A stretch of 40,823 nt of DNA from contig NC_057718.1 of the NCBI RefSeq assembly GCF_004010195.1, positions 45,195,471 to 45,236,293 on the forward strand, read 5' to 3'. Of this stretch, positions 11,511 through 22,609 are shown in pieces. Made by a program: the position numbers and the translations under genes. Each line of letters opens with the position of its first letter. The first letter of the stretch is position 1. Source of the stretch: Chiloscyllium plagiosum (lineage: Eukaryota). The notes beneath the pieces are model-generated. The model worked only from the letters and a program-made list of their open reading frames with translations, had not been told where the DNA came from and did not search any database.

Positions 11511-12062
11511 AGTAAAAAGCCAGAAGACGGTTTTACCACATTTAATATCATTACAGCACTGCCTAATACTAATAGCTGCCATATTTACCTATAACAGTTA
11601 TTCCATTTCAAAAGTTATTTTAGTGCGTAGTAAGCTTTTGGGAACAAACAGAAAATAAACTCACCAAAAATTCTAAAGAAAATTATTTTGGCAATATTTG
11701 AAAGTGTAAAGAACAACTAAAATCAGTGTATGCTATGTACATGTTCATTTGGAATTTACAGGATAGTGATGAAGAATAGAAATATGGCAAATGTTTATGT
11801 CCATGTTGCAGAGAAAGCAAAGACAATTCTAGCACAGTCATTGGCGTTTGTATAGAACAATTAACTAGCATAAATGGTGAATTTTCTTGTATTTACAACT
11901 TAGCCAATCACCAAATGAACTGGGTAAACTGAAGTGCTCTTTTACTTTCATAATTACAGGCAGGAGTATTGAAGTAATATTAGACAAAACATGAACTCTA
12001 AGTTTCAGTCTCCAAATGCTACTACATTTGCTGAGTTTCTCCAGCATTTTTATTTAATAACT

Positions 12063-12372
12063 CCGGTGGCTCAATGGTTAGCACTGCTGCCTTACAGCAC
12101 CAGGGACCCAGGTTCGATTCCAGCCTTGGGCGACTGTCTGTGCAGAGTTTGCACATTCTCCCAGTGTCTGCATGCGTTTCCTCCGGATGCTCCGGTTTCC
12201 CCCCACAGTTCAAAGATGTGCAGGTCAGGTGAATTGGCCATTCTAAATTGCCTATAGTGTTCGGTGCATTAGTCAGAGGGAAATGGATCTGGTGAGTTAC
12301 TCTTCAGAGGGTCGGTGTGGACTTGTTGGCCCGAAAGGCCTGTTGTTTCCACGCTGTAAGGAATCCAATCTT
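12063..12372 (+). mobile_element. HE1-type tRNA-derived V-SINE
   Basis: A box tggctcaatgg, B box ggttcgattcc, V-domain gagtttgcacattctccc...ccggtttcc, CR1-like tail ggcccgaaaggcctg...ccaatct. Confidence 0.9.
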
Positions 12373-12763
12373 AAAACATCTAGGATGTAACACATTTTAT
12401 GCAAATCTGCTCCTGTTATTCCAAGAATAATTCAAACTGCTTCATGAATTTAACTATCACCCTCTGGTGGCTAACTATTATACCAGCAGGTTTCCTGATA
12501 TTTCATAATTGCAATTAACATTTGTAACCAAGAAATTGGGGGTCATATGTTTTCTGTGTGAGAATACATTTCAAAGTCTTACATTAATATGAGGAAGACA
12601 TAGTTCACCAAAGTTAATCTGGGTCAGTTAATTGATAGCATTGTTTCCAGCAGTGCTTAATCCCTGACTTTTGGGAACAAACAGTGCCTCTTTAGTACTT
12701 TGTATGTCCATGCATTATAATATCTTGAGCCAATTTATCAACACAATATATAATCCCCTTTAC

Positions 12764-12960
12764 CTCTTGTTCTCTTGCTCAAGTTTATCCATCCGTATCT
12801 TGTTTGATGCAAGCTGTCCTTCCAGATAATTAACTTGTGATTCCTTCACTTGCAGATCATGGGAAATTTTCTGTCTGATTTTCTCAAGATTTTCACATGA
12901 TTCGATTAGGTTCTGGTGTTCACGCTTCAGAGCACTGGTTTCAGTCTTCTCATTCTCTAC
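12764..12960 (-). CDS. CENPF: Centromere protein F, 2nd coding exon (197 nt)
   Basis: aaaccag acceptor, AG|gtaaag donor; VENEKTETSALKREHQNLIESCENLEKIRQKISHDLQVKESQVNYLEGQL closely matches the human CENPF N-terminal domain. Confidence 0.97.
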
Positions 12961-13549
12961 CTGGTTTACAAACAAAGTCATGGAAAATATATTTTCAACC
13001 ATAGAAAGAAAAATTGCAGTTATTTTAACTCTGTTTTGTCCCCTTTCTGAAAGTTTTAACATGTTAATAGGCTATGAATCTTCAGTAGCTATTTTCAGCT
13101 GTTTGTTGATTTCAACCCATCAGCTTCAGTATGCTATTTTCCCCACAGATGCATCACAGTGAGAATAGACTGAAAGTCAAATTATGCATAAAAGCATGAA
13201 TTTACAAATATCATACAGGTATTGATAGTACTCTCATACAGTCTTGAATCAGAAGACTTCTAAACAAACAGGATGAATTTCTGTCAAGGAAAGAGGAAAT
13301 CATCTTTCTTCTCCCACTGCAGTCACACCGTCAGCAGCTTTGGAGTTAAAGAGCGTTACCACAATATTCTATCGCCACAGGTTCACTGTATGCCCATGTC
13401 CACTGGAAAAGGGAGCAGGTAAGAAAACGTTTGTCTGCCAAATTCAGTTCCATAATTGTGGTAATAATAAAAGAATAACCCTTTTATCCATATTGGTGCA
13501 GGCATCCTCTACAGGTGCCCAAGTGGCATTCACCAGCAAAAATTTCTCC

Positions 13550-13830
13550 TTTATTCTTTCATGAGATGTGTGCGTCATTGGCAAGGCTAATATTTGTTAC
13601 CCATCCCCATTTGTGCTTGAACTGATAAACCATTTTAGATGGGAGCCAATATTTAATCACATTTATGTAGTTCTGTGATCACATGTCAATCAGACTGGAA
13701 AAGATGGCAGATTTCCTTCCGTAAAAGGACATTAGTGAATCAATAATCAACGATAGTTTCATAGTTATCGTTCTGAAAACGCATTGCTTCTACCAATCTT
13801 TCAGGCGAATGGAATTCTGACTGTCAAAAG
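13550..13830 (-). mobile_element. Partial DeuSINE (SacSINE1-like)
   Basis: gatggcagatttccttcc..aaaggacattagtgaa is shared with the copy at 1720-2040; tail ttcatgagatgtgtgcgtcattggc. Confidence 0.7.
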
Positions 13831-15501
13831 AGAATTAAATATTTAGCCAAAGGGGAAAAAATTGCAGGGCTAAGTAGTAAAGGCAGGGATGTGAGACTAA
13901 TAGAACTTGCTCTTGCAGAAAGGCAGCACAGAAATGAGAGGTTGAATGATCTCCTTCTGAACTCCAATTTTAATAAAATATAATGATGAATACTGAAGAA
14001 ATATTCTTGATTACAAATCACCCAAACTCCCAAAAAGTTATTATTATAAAATAAATGTTAACATATTATTTCGCATGATCTATTTCTATTGTTTTTATTT
14101 AGAAAGCTTCATAATTGTACATGTTCTTCCAATAAATTTTATCTTTCGTTTGCATTTACTGAACTTTCCATATAGGCTCTCTTTTATTTCCAAAAGCAAA
14201 AATGTACCATCATAATACATTCTCTATTACTACATAACTCATTTTGAAAAGACTATACTTCAGTAGCAAAATTATACTGTTTTAACATCTAAATGTCCCT
14301 GTCCTCATTATTTATCTTTTGCCTTAATGTGAACATCATTTATACGCCACACTTCAAATTCTTCTAATTTGCTCCACTGTCAAAGTATTCTGAAAGTCAC
14401 TATTCTCATGTAGGAGACCAAAGTCAACTTTCACACAAGATCCCAAAATCAGCATTTAGATAAATAAGCTGTTTAAATTGCACACTCTTTCAAATCTGCT
14501 TAACAGAAACTGTTTGGTGCTTCACTCAAAAGAAGCAACTCGGAAAATGACTTCAATTTACAACTGTGAAGAGGTTAAAGTGCTCCAGCTAAGCTGATGT
14601 TGCATCATATGTCTAATGCTGTTAACTTTGATAAAGTGATGTGGAAAAGTGGTGAGTGGCCTGTTACTTAAAGCACATGGTTCTTTCATTGATGCTATTT
14701 ACCTAATCCACATGGGATTAATGTTGGAATACTGGCCCACTGGTAGTCTGCAAGACAGCAGTGGTCTCCAGCATTGTTGATCTCATTCTTCGCAGTAGTT
14801 CATTTTGCTGGAAACACCACTGTTGAAATAACTTTGGTCAATTGCACATAGGAAAAGTGTCAAGCTTTAGATATCTTAACTTGTAAACTGTAGCTATTTG
14901 CAGCTTGGATTGTATAAAAGCTATTTTTAATATTTCCAGAATAGACTTAAAAGTATTAGAAATCCATTTTAATTGGAATAAAAAAAAATTATTATTGGTG
15001 GTTACTAGACCTGAACCACATTAACCTCCACAAGGATGACACTAGTAGTAAATACCAATGCACTTGGTACTTAAGGAAACATGCAATATGATCATGAAGC
15101 ATGCAATCAAAAATATAATCTTTAAATGATGGGTTAGTTTTACTATACATTGCAAATATGTTAAGCAGAATGAGTTAAATAAGGTTGCGAGAGATTGTGG
15201 AGTTGACAAAACCTTCATCCTATCCCAAAGCACTTTACAACCAAATGTTCTAATGCAGTCAATTGTTACCATAGGAAACTTTAATGGCCAATTTTATTTT
15301 GCCAACCAACATTAACAGTTCATGAGCCCTTGCTATGTGTCAAATTGACTGGTAAGTTTTTGTTTAAAAAAAAACTTTAAATCCTCAAGTCCATCAGGAT
15401 ACTTAAAATTACAATTCTTTGGATGGGTCAAGAAGAATAACATCAAAGGAATAAAACCTGCCATCTATGAACGACTAAACTATTTCTTGAAGAATCATCA
15501 C

Positions 15502-15663
15502 CTTTTGCTTTTGTTTCAATAGTGCAGCTTCCAGGGATTCTAGTTGAAATTGTCGCTGTTGGCGTTCCTTTTTGAGTTTATCCAACTGAGTTTCAATTTC
15601 CTGTATCTTCTGGAGCGCCTTTGTGGGCAAGCCCTGTTTCCACTCTTCCACTACCCAACTCAT
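15502..15663 (-). CDS. CENPF: Centromere protein F, first coding exon (CDS part 162 nt; exon begins ~15697)
   Basis: MSWVVEEWKQGLPTKALQKIQEIETQLDKLKKERQQRQFQLESLEAALLKQKQK versus human MSWALEEWKEGLPTRALQKIQELEGQLDKLKKEKQQRQFQLDSLEAALQKQKQK; donor AAG|gtgatg; acceptor ttttttgtttgtttcttag upstream. Confidence 0.98.
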
Positions 15664-16611
15664 TTTGCTCAATTTTGTGAAAAATCTATATCATGATCTA
15701 AGAAACAAACAAAAAAGTAGTGTGTAATTGTCATGCCATTTACAACACAGCAGCAGGCTGGACATCCCATCAAGTTCTGTCAGAGTTCTATGGTTATGTA
15801 TCAATAGAAAGATATTGCTATTTCAAAACTAAATAAATTACTCAATTCAAATGAAGTTAAACTTGAGCAGTACCATTAAAATACCAGAGATGATGGAACA
15901 TAAATGACAGTTTAAATCAGTTCCACTAGGACAAAAGGAAACAAGACTATTAGTTTTGATTATCAATTGCAAAAAAAGAGTTATGGGGATAGTGGGTAAA
16001 AGGCATTCAATTGTTTGATCAGCCATTACCGTATTAAGTAGCAGACCAGGCTCAATGGGCCTACTCCTAGTTCAAGATTAACACAAAAGAAACTGTCAGG
16101 TGGTTTAGACAATTTGAGTGTATTAGGCAATGTTAGACTTCCATTTGAAAAGTTTTTTCACACACGTGGTCACTCGACAATTACTACTCTACATCAGTGG
16201 AATTGCAGAAGGCATTCCTGAACATCAGCTCTTGAGTGTTGTGGAGGTCATCTTCTGAATGGTTGACGTTTCAAAACTTCCTTCCCTTGTTACACATAGA
16301 AAGACCTGACAACCTTGCAAGATCGATCAGATCAATTCAAAAAGCTTGGAATCTTTCTAGATTGCATGAGGCAGTTCCATACCAAGGAAAGTTCAGACTT
16401 AGAAAAGCATCATGCAAATACAAATCTTTCATCTTCAGAAATCTGTAATCTAACCAATCCAGAACTGTCAGTATATCACCTATGAAAGATGAGTAGTTTA
16501 ACATATATATTAAATAATTTTTGAAATCTGGATTTCAAAATAAACAATGTATTTGTTTACTTCTCCAAAGGGTTTTTTTTTACTCAAAGTAAAAAGCAAG
16601 GCTGTACTTCT

Positions 16612-17576
16612 TGTTACGACACGGAGATGAACCTTCTGTTAATTAAATCAAACACTCAGAAAAGGCTCACCTTGTCTCGTAATCTGTTAAAGTAGGAGTG
16701 ACTGAGAACTCCCAAATTCCACTGTTTAAAGAAAATAATAATCAATTTATTCTTTAACTCTAAAAGTGAACATTAAACAATAACTATTCACAACTCTAAG
16801 CACCCCCTTTCTCTTAACTGTTTATTATCTGCCTCCAACTCTCTAACAATCTGCCTCACAGCACCAGAGACCAGAGTTTAATTCCCACCTCAGGCAACTG
16901 TGTGGAGTTTGCACATTCTCCCCATGTCAGCGTGGGTTTCCTCCAGGTATTCCGGTTTCCTCCCACAGTCCAAAAATTTGCAGGTTAGGTGAATTGCTAA
17001 ATTGCCCATAGTGTTAGGTGAAGGGGTAAATGTAGGGGAATGGGTCTGGGTGGGTTGCGCTTCGGCGGGTCGGTGTGGACTTGTTGGGCTGAAGGGCCTG
17101 TTTCCACACTGTAAGTAATCCAATCTAATCTATTATAATAAAAACACTTAAGATTACATCAACTTAATTTCAAAACCATACAGTGGCTGTTGTCTGCAGT
17201 GTCTGACTTCTTCTGGCCGAAGATCTCCCTGGGTTATCTTTCTTTTTACTGTAAAGATGTTGCATATGAAAAGGTACCTTTGATGCCTGTTTTTTTATAC
17301 CCCCAACATCAGATTGTTTCATTAGTTCGATGTTGGCAAAACAATAAATTAAACACGATTGGGTTTTTGAATCCTGGGGCATAATTTAAACTGATTAGTT
17401 AAATTCGAATTGTCATCAAAACATCAGGTATCCATTTCACAGCCAAATGTTACATATTTTCAATTTTTCAGTACACTCTGAGATTGCTAGCTAGTCATCA
17501 CAGGTGCTTGTCAGCTCTCAGTTCAGAACAGCATTCACTCTCTCAAAGGTACAGTACCACCTTCAACTTCATAACA
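16612..17576 (-). mobile_element. Solo LTR (probably Gypsy-type), interrupted by a SINE
   Basis: Termini TGTTACGA...TCATAACA (inverted, TG..CA); 4-bp TSD TTCT at 16608-16611 and 17577-17580; AATAAA on the minus strand near 16750. Orientation inferred. Confidence 0.8.
16851..17132 (+). mobile_element. 5'-truncated HE1-type V-SINE
   Basis: ctgcctcacagcaccagagacc...ggagtttgcacattctccc...gggctgaagggcctgtttccacactgtaagtaatccaatctaatct; homologous to 12063-12372. Confidence 0.9.
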
Positions 17577-17724
17577 TTCTGGAACAGTAATCAAATGTAG
17601 CTTTTGTTAGAAAATAGTGATTGCACACTCCTAGAGTGTTAATCAAAAGACGTTTATACAGTCTCTTCTACTATAACATTTGTTTCTTAAACACAAATGG
17701 GCTTTAACGTGATTGAAGAATTAG

Positions 17725-17877
17725 ACTGTAATTTGTAGAACGCAAACTTTCCTAATATGTATTGGCTATAACACGAATCCAGTCCCATTAGTTTGAATGG
17801 CACAGTTATTGCATGATTTTCTTATAATGAGAGATCACGGAGGTAAGGAACTATCGCATCACATCAGAACTGACTGT
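17725..17877. mobile_element. Partial Tc1-mariner/Tigger-like MITE
   Basis: Ends in cagaactgactgt (TIR-like); attggctataacacgaatccagtcccattagttt resembles the reverse complement of ~35210-35250. Confidence 0.45.
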
Positions 17878-19889
17878 TCTGTAATGCTAATGACATTAGC
17901 GTAAACATCCAAGCCCAAAGCTTTGTTTTCTGTTCAGAAAAATCAAGGCTGAAAGACGTCTCTATTTAAAAATCAGTTCAGACGACACCAATGTTGAGTT
18001 TAGAAGCATAGGTAGTTTGTCTTCTAGGCGGAGCTTTTCAGGGCAGCTCAGGGAACTGGGTACCTCAGCAGAAGGGTTTGTTTAGTTTATAAAACTTCCA
18101 AACCAGGGGATTATATCTGCAGGTAATTAGAGTGGAAAAACTTTAGACTCTCAGATTTGAGAAGTCAGCAAATTTCAAAAGGACTCAAATTTTGTCCACA
18201 GTCCAAGGCCAAGAAACTGTCACAAGTCAATGAAGTGGAATACTAAAGAGTTGAAATCGCAGTCTTAATTTGTCCGGACTTGTCTACAGAAACTTTTTTT
18301 TGCTGTTTCTTTTAGATTTTGTTGTCTTCCATATTTAAAGCACTTCAGTGTTTTTATTTTAGATTAGAATTTAAAGAGCTGGTGGTATGCAAAAGGAGAA
18401 GTGTGCATTCATACAGTGGGGAGCTTTAATTGCTGAAGATGTTGATGGTCACTTGATAGTTCAGGAACTATGGCAGAATTTCAAAACAACCTCCTAGACA
18501 AATAGGGAAGCTCTTTATCATGGCTACAGCCTTCCTGCTAAACTCCACTGCCATTGCATCATCAGAACAGACACATTGCTAATATTCCGGACACACATTT
18601 CTCATATGTCTTCCTATTTCCCCAACTGAGGATGTCCACCCAGCATGGCTGGTTTGGCCCTCCACCATACTTGATCTATTCCATGTGTTTTTATTCTGAC
18701 TTCTCTTTTTTCTAAAAAACAGAGACATGTCTCCCAATCAGCTTCTATCAATGAAAATAGCAGAGGACTTTCCATTAACTCTAATGTGATCCCACCACTA
18801 AACATCTCTGTCCTTGTCCTTTTTCAGCATTAGAGTCATAAAGGTCTACGGCGCAACAATGCATTTTTTTTAACACAAATTCAATCACTTAACTATTCAA
18901 ATCCCATTTCCAGCATTTGGTCCTTCCTTTATACCCCATCTATGCCTCAATTTTATACATCTCATCATACCACTTTTCAGTCCCCTCTGCTCCAAGGAAA
19001 ACAAGCCCAGTCTATTCCAAAGAAACTGTCCCTTGCTCAACTCTCCAATCCATTTCTAACACCACCTCTCTTCCGTATGCATCTTTCACATCATTCAAGG
19101 CATCAAAAACAACGTGGTGCCCTGTCCAATGGGGGAAGCCAAAAATAGCCTGTTATGAAGAAGGGTCACTGCACTCAAAGTTAACTCTGCCTTCTCTCCA
19201 CAGATGCTGCCAGACATCATGCATTCCTCCAGCAAGTTGCAACTGCATTTTTTTTTGCTTTATAGGAAAGGTGACCTTTGTGGAGCACTTTCATTCAGTG
19301 CTCAAAAAAGACCCTGAACTTCCAGTTATGTCACAGACTAACACTGTACCACAAGGGACAGCGTCTGTCTGTTTTGTGACATAATCTATCGTTTTAGTTT
19401 TGCTAACTTGTTTCTCTCTTCACCCTTTCATTTTGCATTTAGATAGGTGTTATGCTGCCACTCAAGCTTTATCTGCATACAAATGCTGGTTTCCTTATTA
19501 TTCTCTTTGAAACTTGCATAACACTATTTTACTAGGAAACCCCTCCTGTCTCCAACACAATTGCAGTTTAACCCTATTATACCTTGTATACCGCCAATTT
19601 TCTACACTACTGGTTTAAAAACCTTGCATTTCAATCTTCCTCATGAAAGGTTGGCACCGTTTCTCTCCGCAGATACTGCTTGAAAGGCTGAGTATTTCTA
19701 GCGTTTTCAGATTTTATTTCACGACTTCCACTTTAGCATTTTCCTTTTGTGTCAACTATTTTAAATGGTTTATATTTTTTGTCATAGATCACAAATTGTA
19801 ACCATTACAAAGATTTATAACTGGGTTGGCCCAGTAATCTTAGGCTCGCTCACCGAAAAAAAGCTGCCTCGACACAGGTTCGCTCAATA

Positions 19890-20385
19890 ATGAGACATAA
19901 AAAATTGGAGCAAAAACCATTTGGTTTCTCCAGCTAGCACTGTCAGTCTATAATATCGTGGCGATCTACTTGCTTTACAAAGTCCACATTCCCATCTACA
20001 CCGATAAGCTTAGAGTCCCTCAGCTAACTAAGAATCTATCCACATGGTCTTAATAATATACAGTAAACTTAACTCCACGCTACCCAAGGCACAGAGTCAA
20101 AGTCGCACAACCCACCAGCGAGCAAAAAAAAACACATGGCTCTCTCGAAAGGGCTACCCCGATTTTAAAAGTGACCCCTGGGTCTGGAGGGACCCACAAG
20201 AGGAAATATCCTTTGGACGTCTACTTTGTCAGGACCATTCAGGATCCTGCATACTTCAGCTCAGTCACCCGTCACTCCTGTGGAAATAAACACAACCTGT
20301 CGTACATTTCCTCGCAAGGTAACCCTCCCATTCCAGATATAGGAAACCATCTCCGGAACCCCTCCCTTAAGTTAGGGGACTAAAA
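19890..20385 (-). mobile_element. Decayed CR1 3' fragment
   Basis: cataaaaaattggagca...ccatttgg head and acaacccaccagcgagcaaaaa are the reverse complement of a CR1 3' end. Confidence 0.6.
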
Positions 20386-20461
20386 CCGCGAAGGTCGGGC
20401 CGTGGTCACCATTATCTTGTCACTAATCTCGCTGTCTCCAAAACGGGGTTACACTTTTACT

Positions 20462-20686
20462 ATTATTGGTGCTGGAAGAACACAGCAGTTCAGGCAGCAT
20501 CCAAGAAGCAGCGAAACCGATGTTTCGGTAAAAGCCCTTCATCGGGAATAAAACTTTAATCCTGATGAAGGGCTTTTGCCCGAAACGGTGATTTTACTGC
20601 TCCTCGGATGCTGCCTGAACTGCTGTGCTCTTCCAGCACCAATAATCCAGAACCTTGTTTCCAGCATTTCCAGTCATTGTTTTTAC
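20462..20686. mobile_element. PLE pLTR-derived palindrome (second subfamily) with two mutated HHR motifs
   Basis: ~20462-20549 is inverted relative to ~20556-20646; cctgatgaagggcttttgcccgaaacggtg at 20561. Confidence 0.85.
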
Positions 20687-20768
20687 ACTTTTACTAGCCC
20701 CGTACTTGAACACTTCACACTCCTTCCAAGTGCTCAGTACTGTTTTGTTTAAACGGCTTTGCACATAC

Positions 20769-21020
20769 CGCCCGATCCCTGGTTCGGCAGAAAGCAAGGG
20801 CTAAGATTAACGGAGCTCAAACACCGCTCACTTGTTAAATGGACCGATCATAACAGCTGCGATGCAAAAAGCCGACTCGCCAACCGACCTCTAAAAGCAC
20901 TGAGCCAAGGGAGCAAGCGTCTCACGCCCCGTATTCACAAACCGACAACAACCCAGACACGTCGCCAAAACAGAAAACATCAAAACACACCAGACGCCAC
21001 CGCTCTCTCAGCACCAACAG
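20769..21020 (-). other. CENPF: Putative non-coding first exon of CENPF (boundaries uncertain)
   Basis: Immediately downstream of the CHR; CpG-rich; candidate donors CG|GTATGT (20768), AA|GTGAGC (20831), GC|GTGAGA (~20925). The ATG exon has an acceptor, so an upstream exon is needed. Confidence 0.45.
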
Positions 21021-21300
21021 CTCGATTTCAAATTGCCACGGTCTTTCCAACAGCCTCCACGAGCCAACAGCGCGGCGGCTTAGCTATCGGGCCGTCCTAT
21101 TGGTTAAAAGGCGTGCCCGCCCCTCCCAGCCTGGCCTCTGATAGGCTAGCCCTGACGGTGACGCTACATGGGTGCGAGGTGTGATTGGTTTTAAATTTAA
21201 ATACGAGCCTCTATGGCTATTGGCTGGCTCTCCGCAGCCGTTGGCCTTGTCCCGGTGAGCCGGCAGTTGATTGGACAATCAAGCCAGTGATGGCGGAGAA
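20800..21300 (-). promoter_or_regulatory. CENPF promoter: CpG-rich, CHR, NF-Y CCAAT boxes and MYB sites
   Basis: Minus-strand TTTGAA at 21027-21032; CCAAT (ATTGG on plus) at 21099, 21184, 21219, 21270; YAACNG at 20808, 21015, 21048, 21065, 21238(-), 21264(-); main non-repeat CpG-rich block in the window. Confidence 0.85.
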
Positions 21301-21465
21301 GTGGCTTCTTGAGGCTGAGATACATCCCAGATACGATGTAATGTCATCTACAACTGAAGTGAAACAAAAACACCTCCGTTCAAAGAATATACAGACGACA
21401 GGTTTCATCAGAAGTGAATACGATGACACAAGAGAGTGGGCCTTTTTCAATTATACGTAAGAAAC

Positions 21466-21612
21466 AAACAACACCAGGTTATAGTCCATTGGAAAGTACA
21501 AGCTTTCGGAGAGCGCTGCTTCTTCGTCAGGTAGCTATAATGACAAGATCAATGGATACAGAGTTTTTAGTAAAAGGCAATTGACGTTGGAACAGCGCTC
21601 TCCGAAAGCTTT
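21466..21612 (-). mobile_element. PLE pLTR fragment (third subfamily) with HHR-like motif and partial inverted copy
   Basis: Minus strand cctgacgaagaagcagcgctctccgaaagctt...ggactataacctggtgttg; cagcgctctccgaaagctt recurs on the plus strand at ~21593. Confidence 0.65.
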
Positions 21613-22609
21613 AAAAACCGACAGAGCTGGAGAAACTGAGCAGATCTGCGGAGAAATTGAGATAACTCTTCTTTCTGTTGAGTTTCTCCACCATTTTCTG
21701 TTTCTCTTCCCCCAGATTTACAGCAGCAGCCGTATTTTGCTTTAATTTGGGAATTTTCAATTTGCCTCATGCTTCTGGTTTGTGTTGGCATTACACACTT
21801 GCATCCCGATTTTGCCATCATGATTGAATGTGGTTCACGATGTAACAATGGCCAAATAAACTTTTTTTGTTATTGAGGGACAATTTTTGGCCAAAGCGAG
21901 TTTTCTTGCTTTTTTTAAATAATGCTTTCTGCTCTCCGAATTCTGTACTCACATTCTTTCAATATTTCCATCAATTATGTAATGTTGAATTTCAGGCAAA
22001 AATAAAGGATCTATGTCACTACGTGACAAACTTTCGGAACAATTTTATTACCTGGAGGGTCAGGAACAAGGATGCACTGTTTGGAGATGCCTGTCAATTG
22101 CATCACTTTGTTGTGGCAAACCAATGTCTTCTCAATCAGTCGGGTACCAAAACATAATTCTCAAATCAATAATCTTTGAATAAAATTTTTGGTTGCTCCT
22201 CTGGGTTTCATTTGTCAAAAATGGATATTACCAACAACCAGGATCCAGGGAGCTCAAATATGACCAGTTAAAATGTTGCAGATTATCAGCACCAACTAAG
22301 ATGAGTACAGCATTGGAATGCCAGGTCAGAGTAAGACTGAGTGGAAAGGATTCCAACAATTAATGACAGGTCTACCTTATATGTATACCATTAATAAGAT
22401 AGCACGGTATTGTTATTGCCTAGAATACAGCAAACCTGCCTGACGTGGGTGGAGATATTCATTTTGTCACAGAGGCTTAAATTGGTATCAATCTCCAGTC
22501 ACCAAGCACACCACCTAGGTGCCATTTCTAATCCAAAGAATCACAATTTTCTTCATTCATTATATGGAGGCTTCACTGATTAGGCCCAACAACAGTGAAG
22601 AAATTCTGA

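Noticed and set aside
12063..12135. tRNA-like A and B boxes
   Set aside because: Head of an HE1-type SINE, continuous with the V-domain and LINE tail; not a tRNA gene.
12961..13062. N-terminal part of ORF 12760-13062
   Set aside because: Intronic read-through upstream of the ccag acceptor; CENPF similarity starts at VENEK.
16150..16450. Possible extra 5'-UTR exon in intron 1 (ttacag acceptor near 16444, minus)
   Set aside because: Weak polypyrimidine tract, no convincing donor and no other support.
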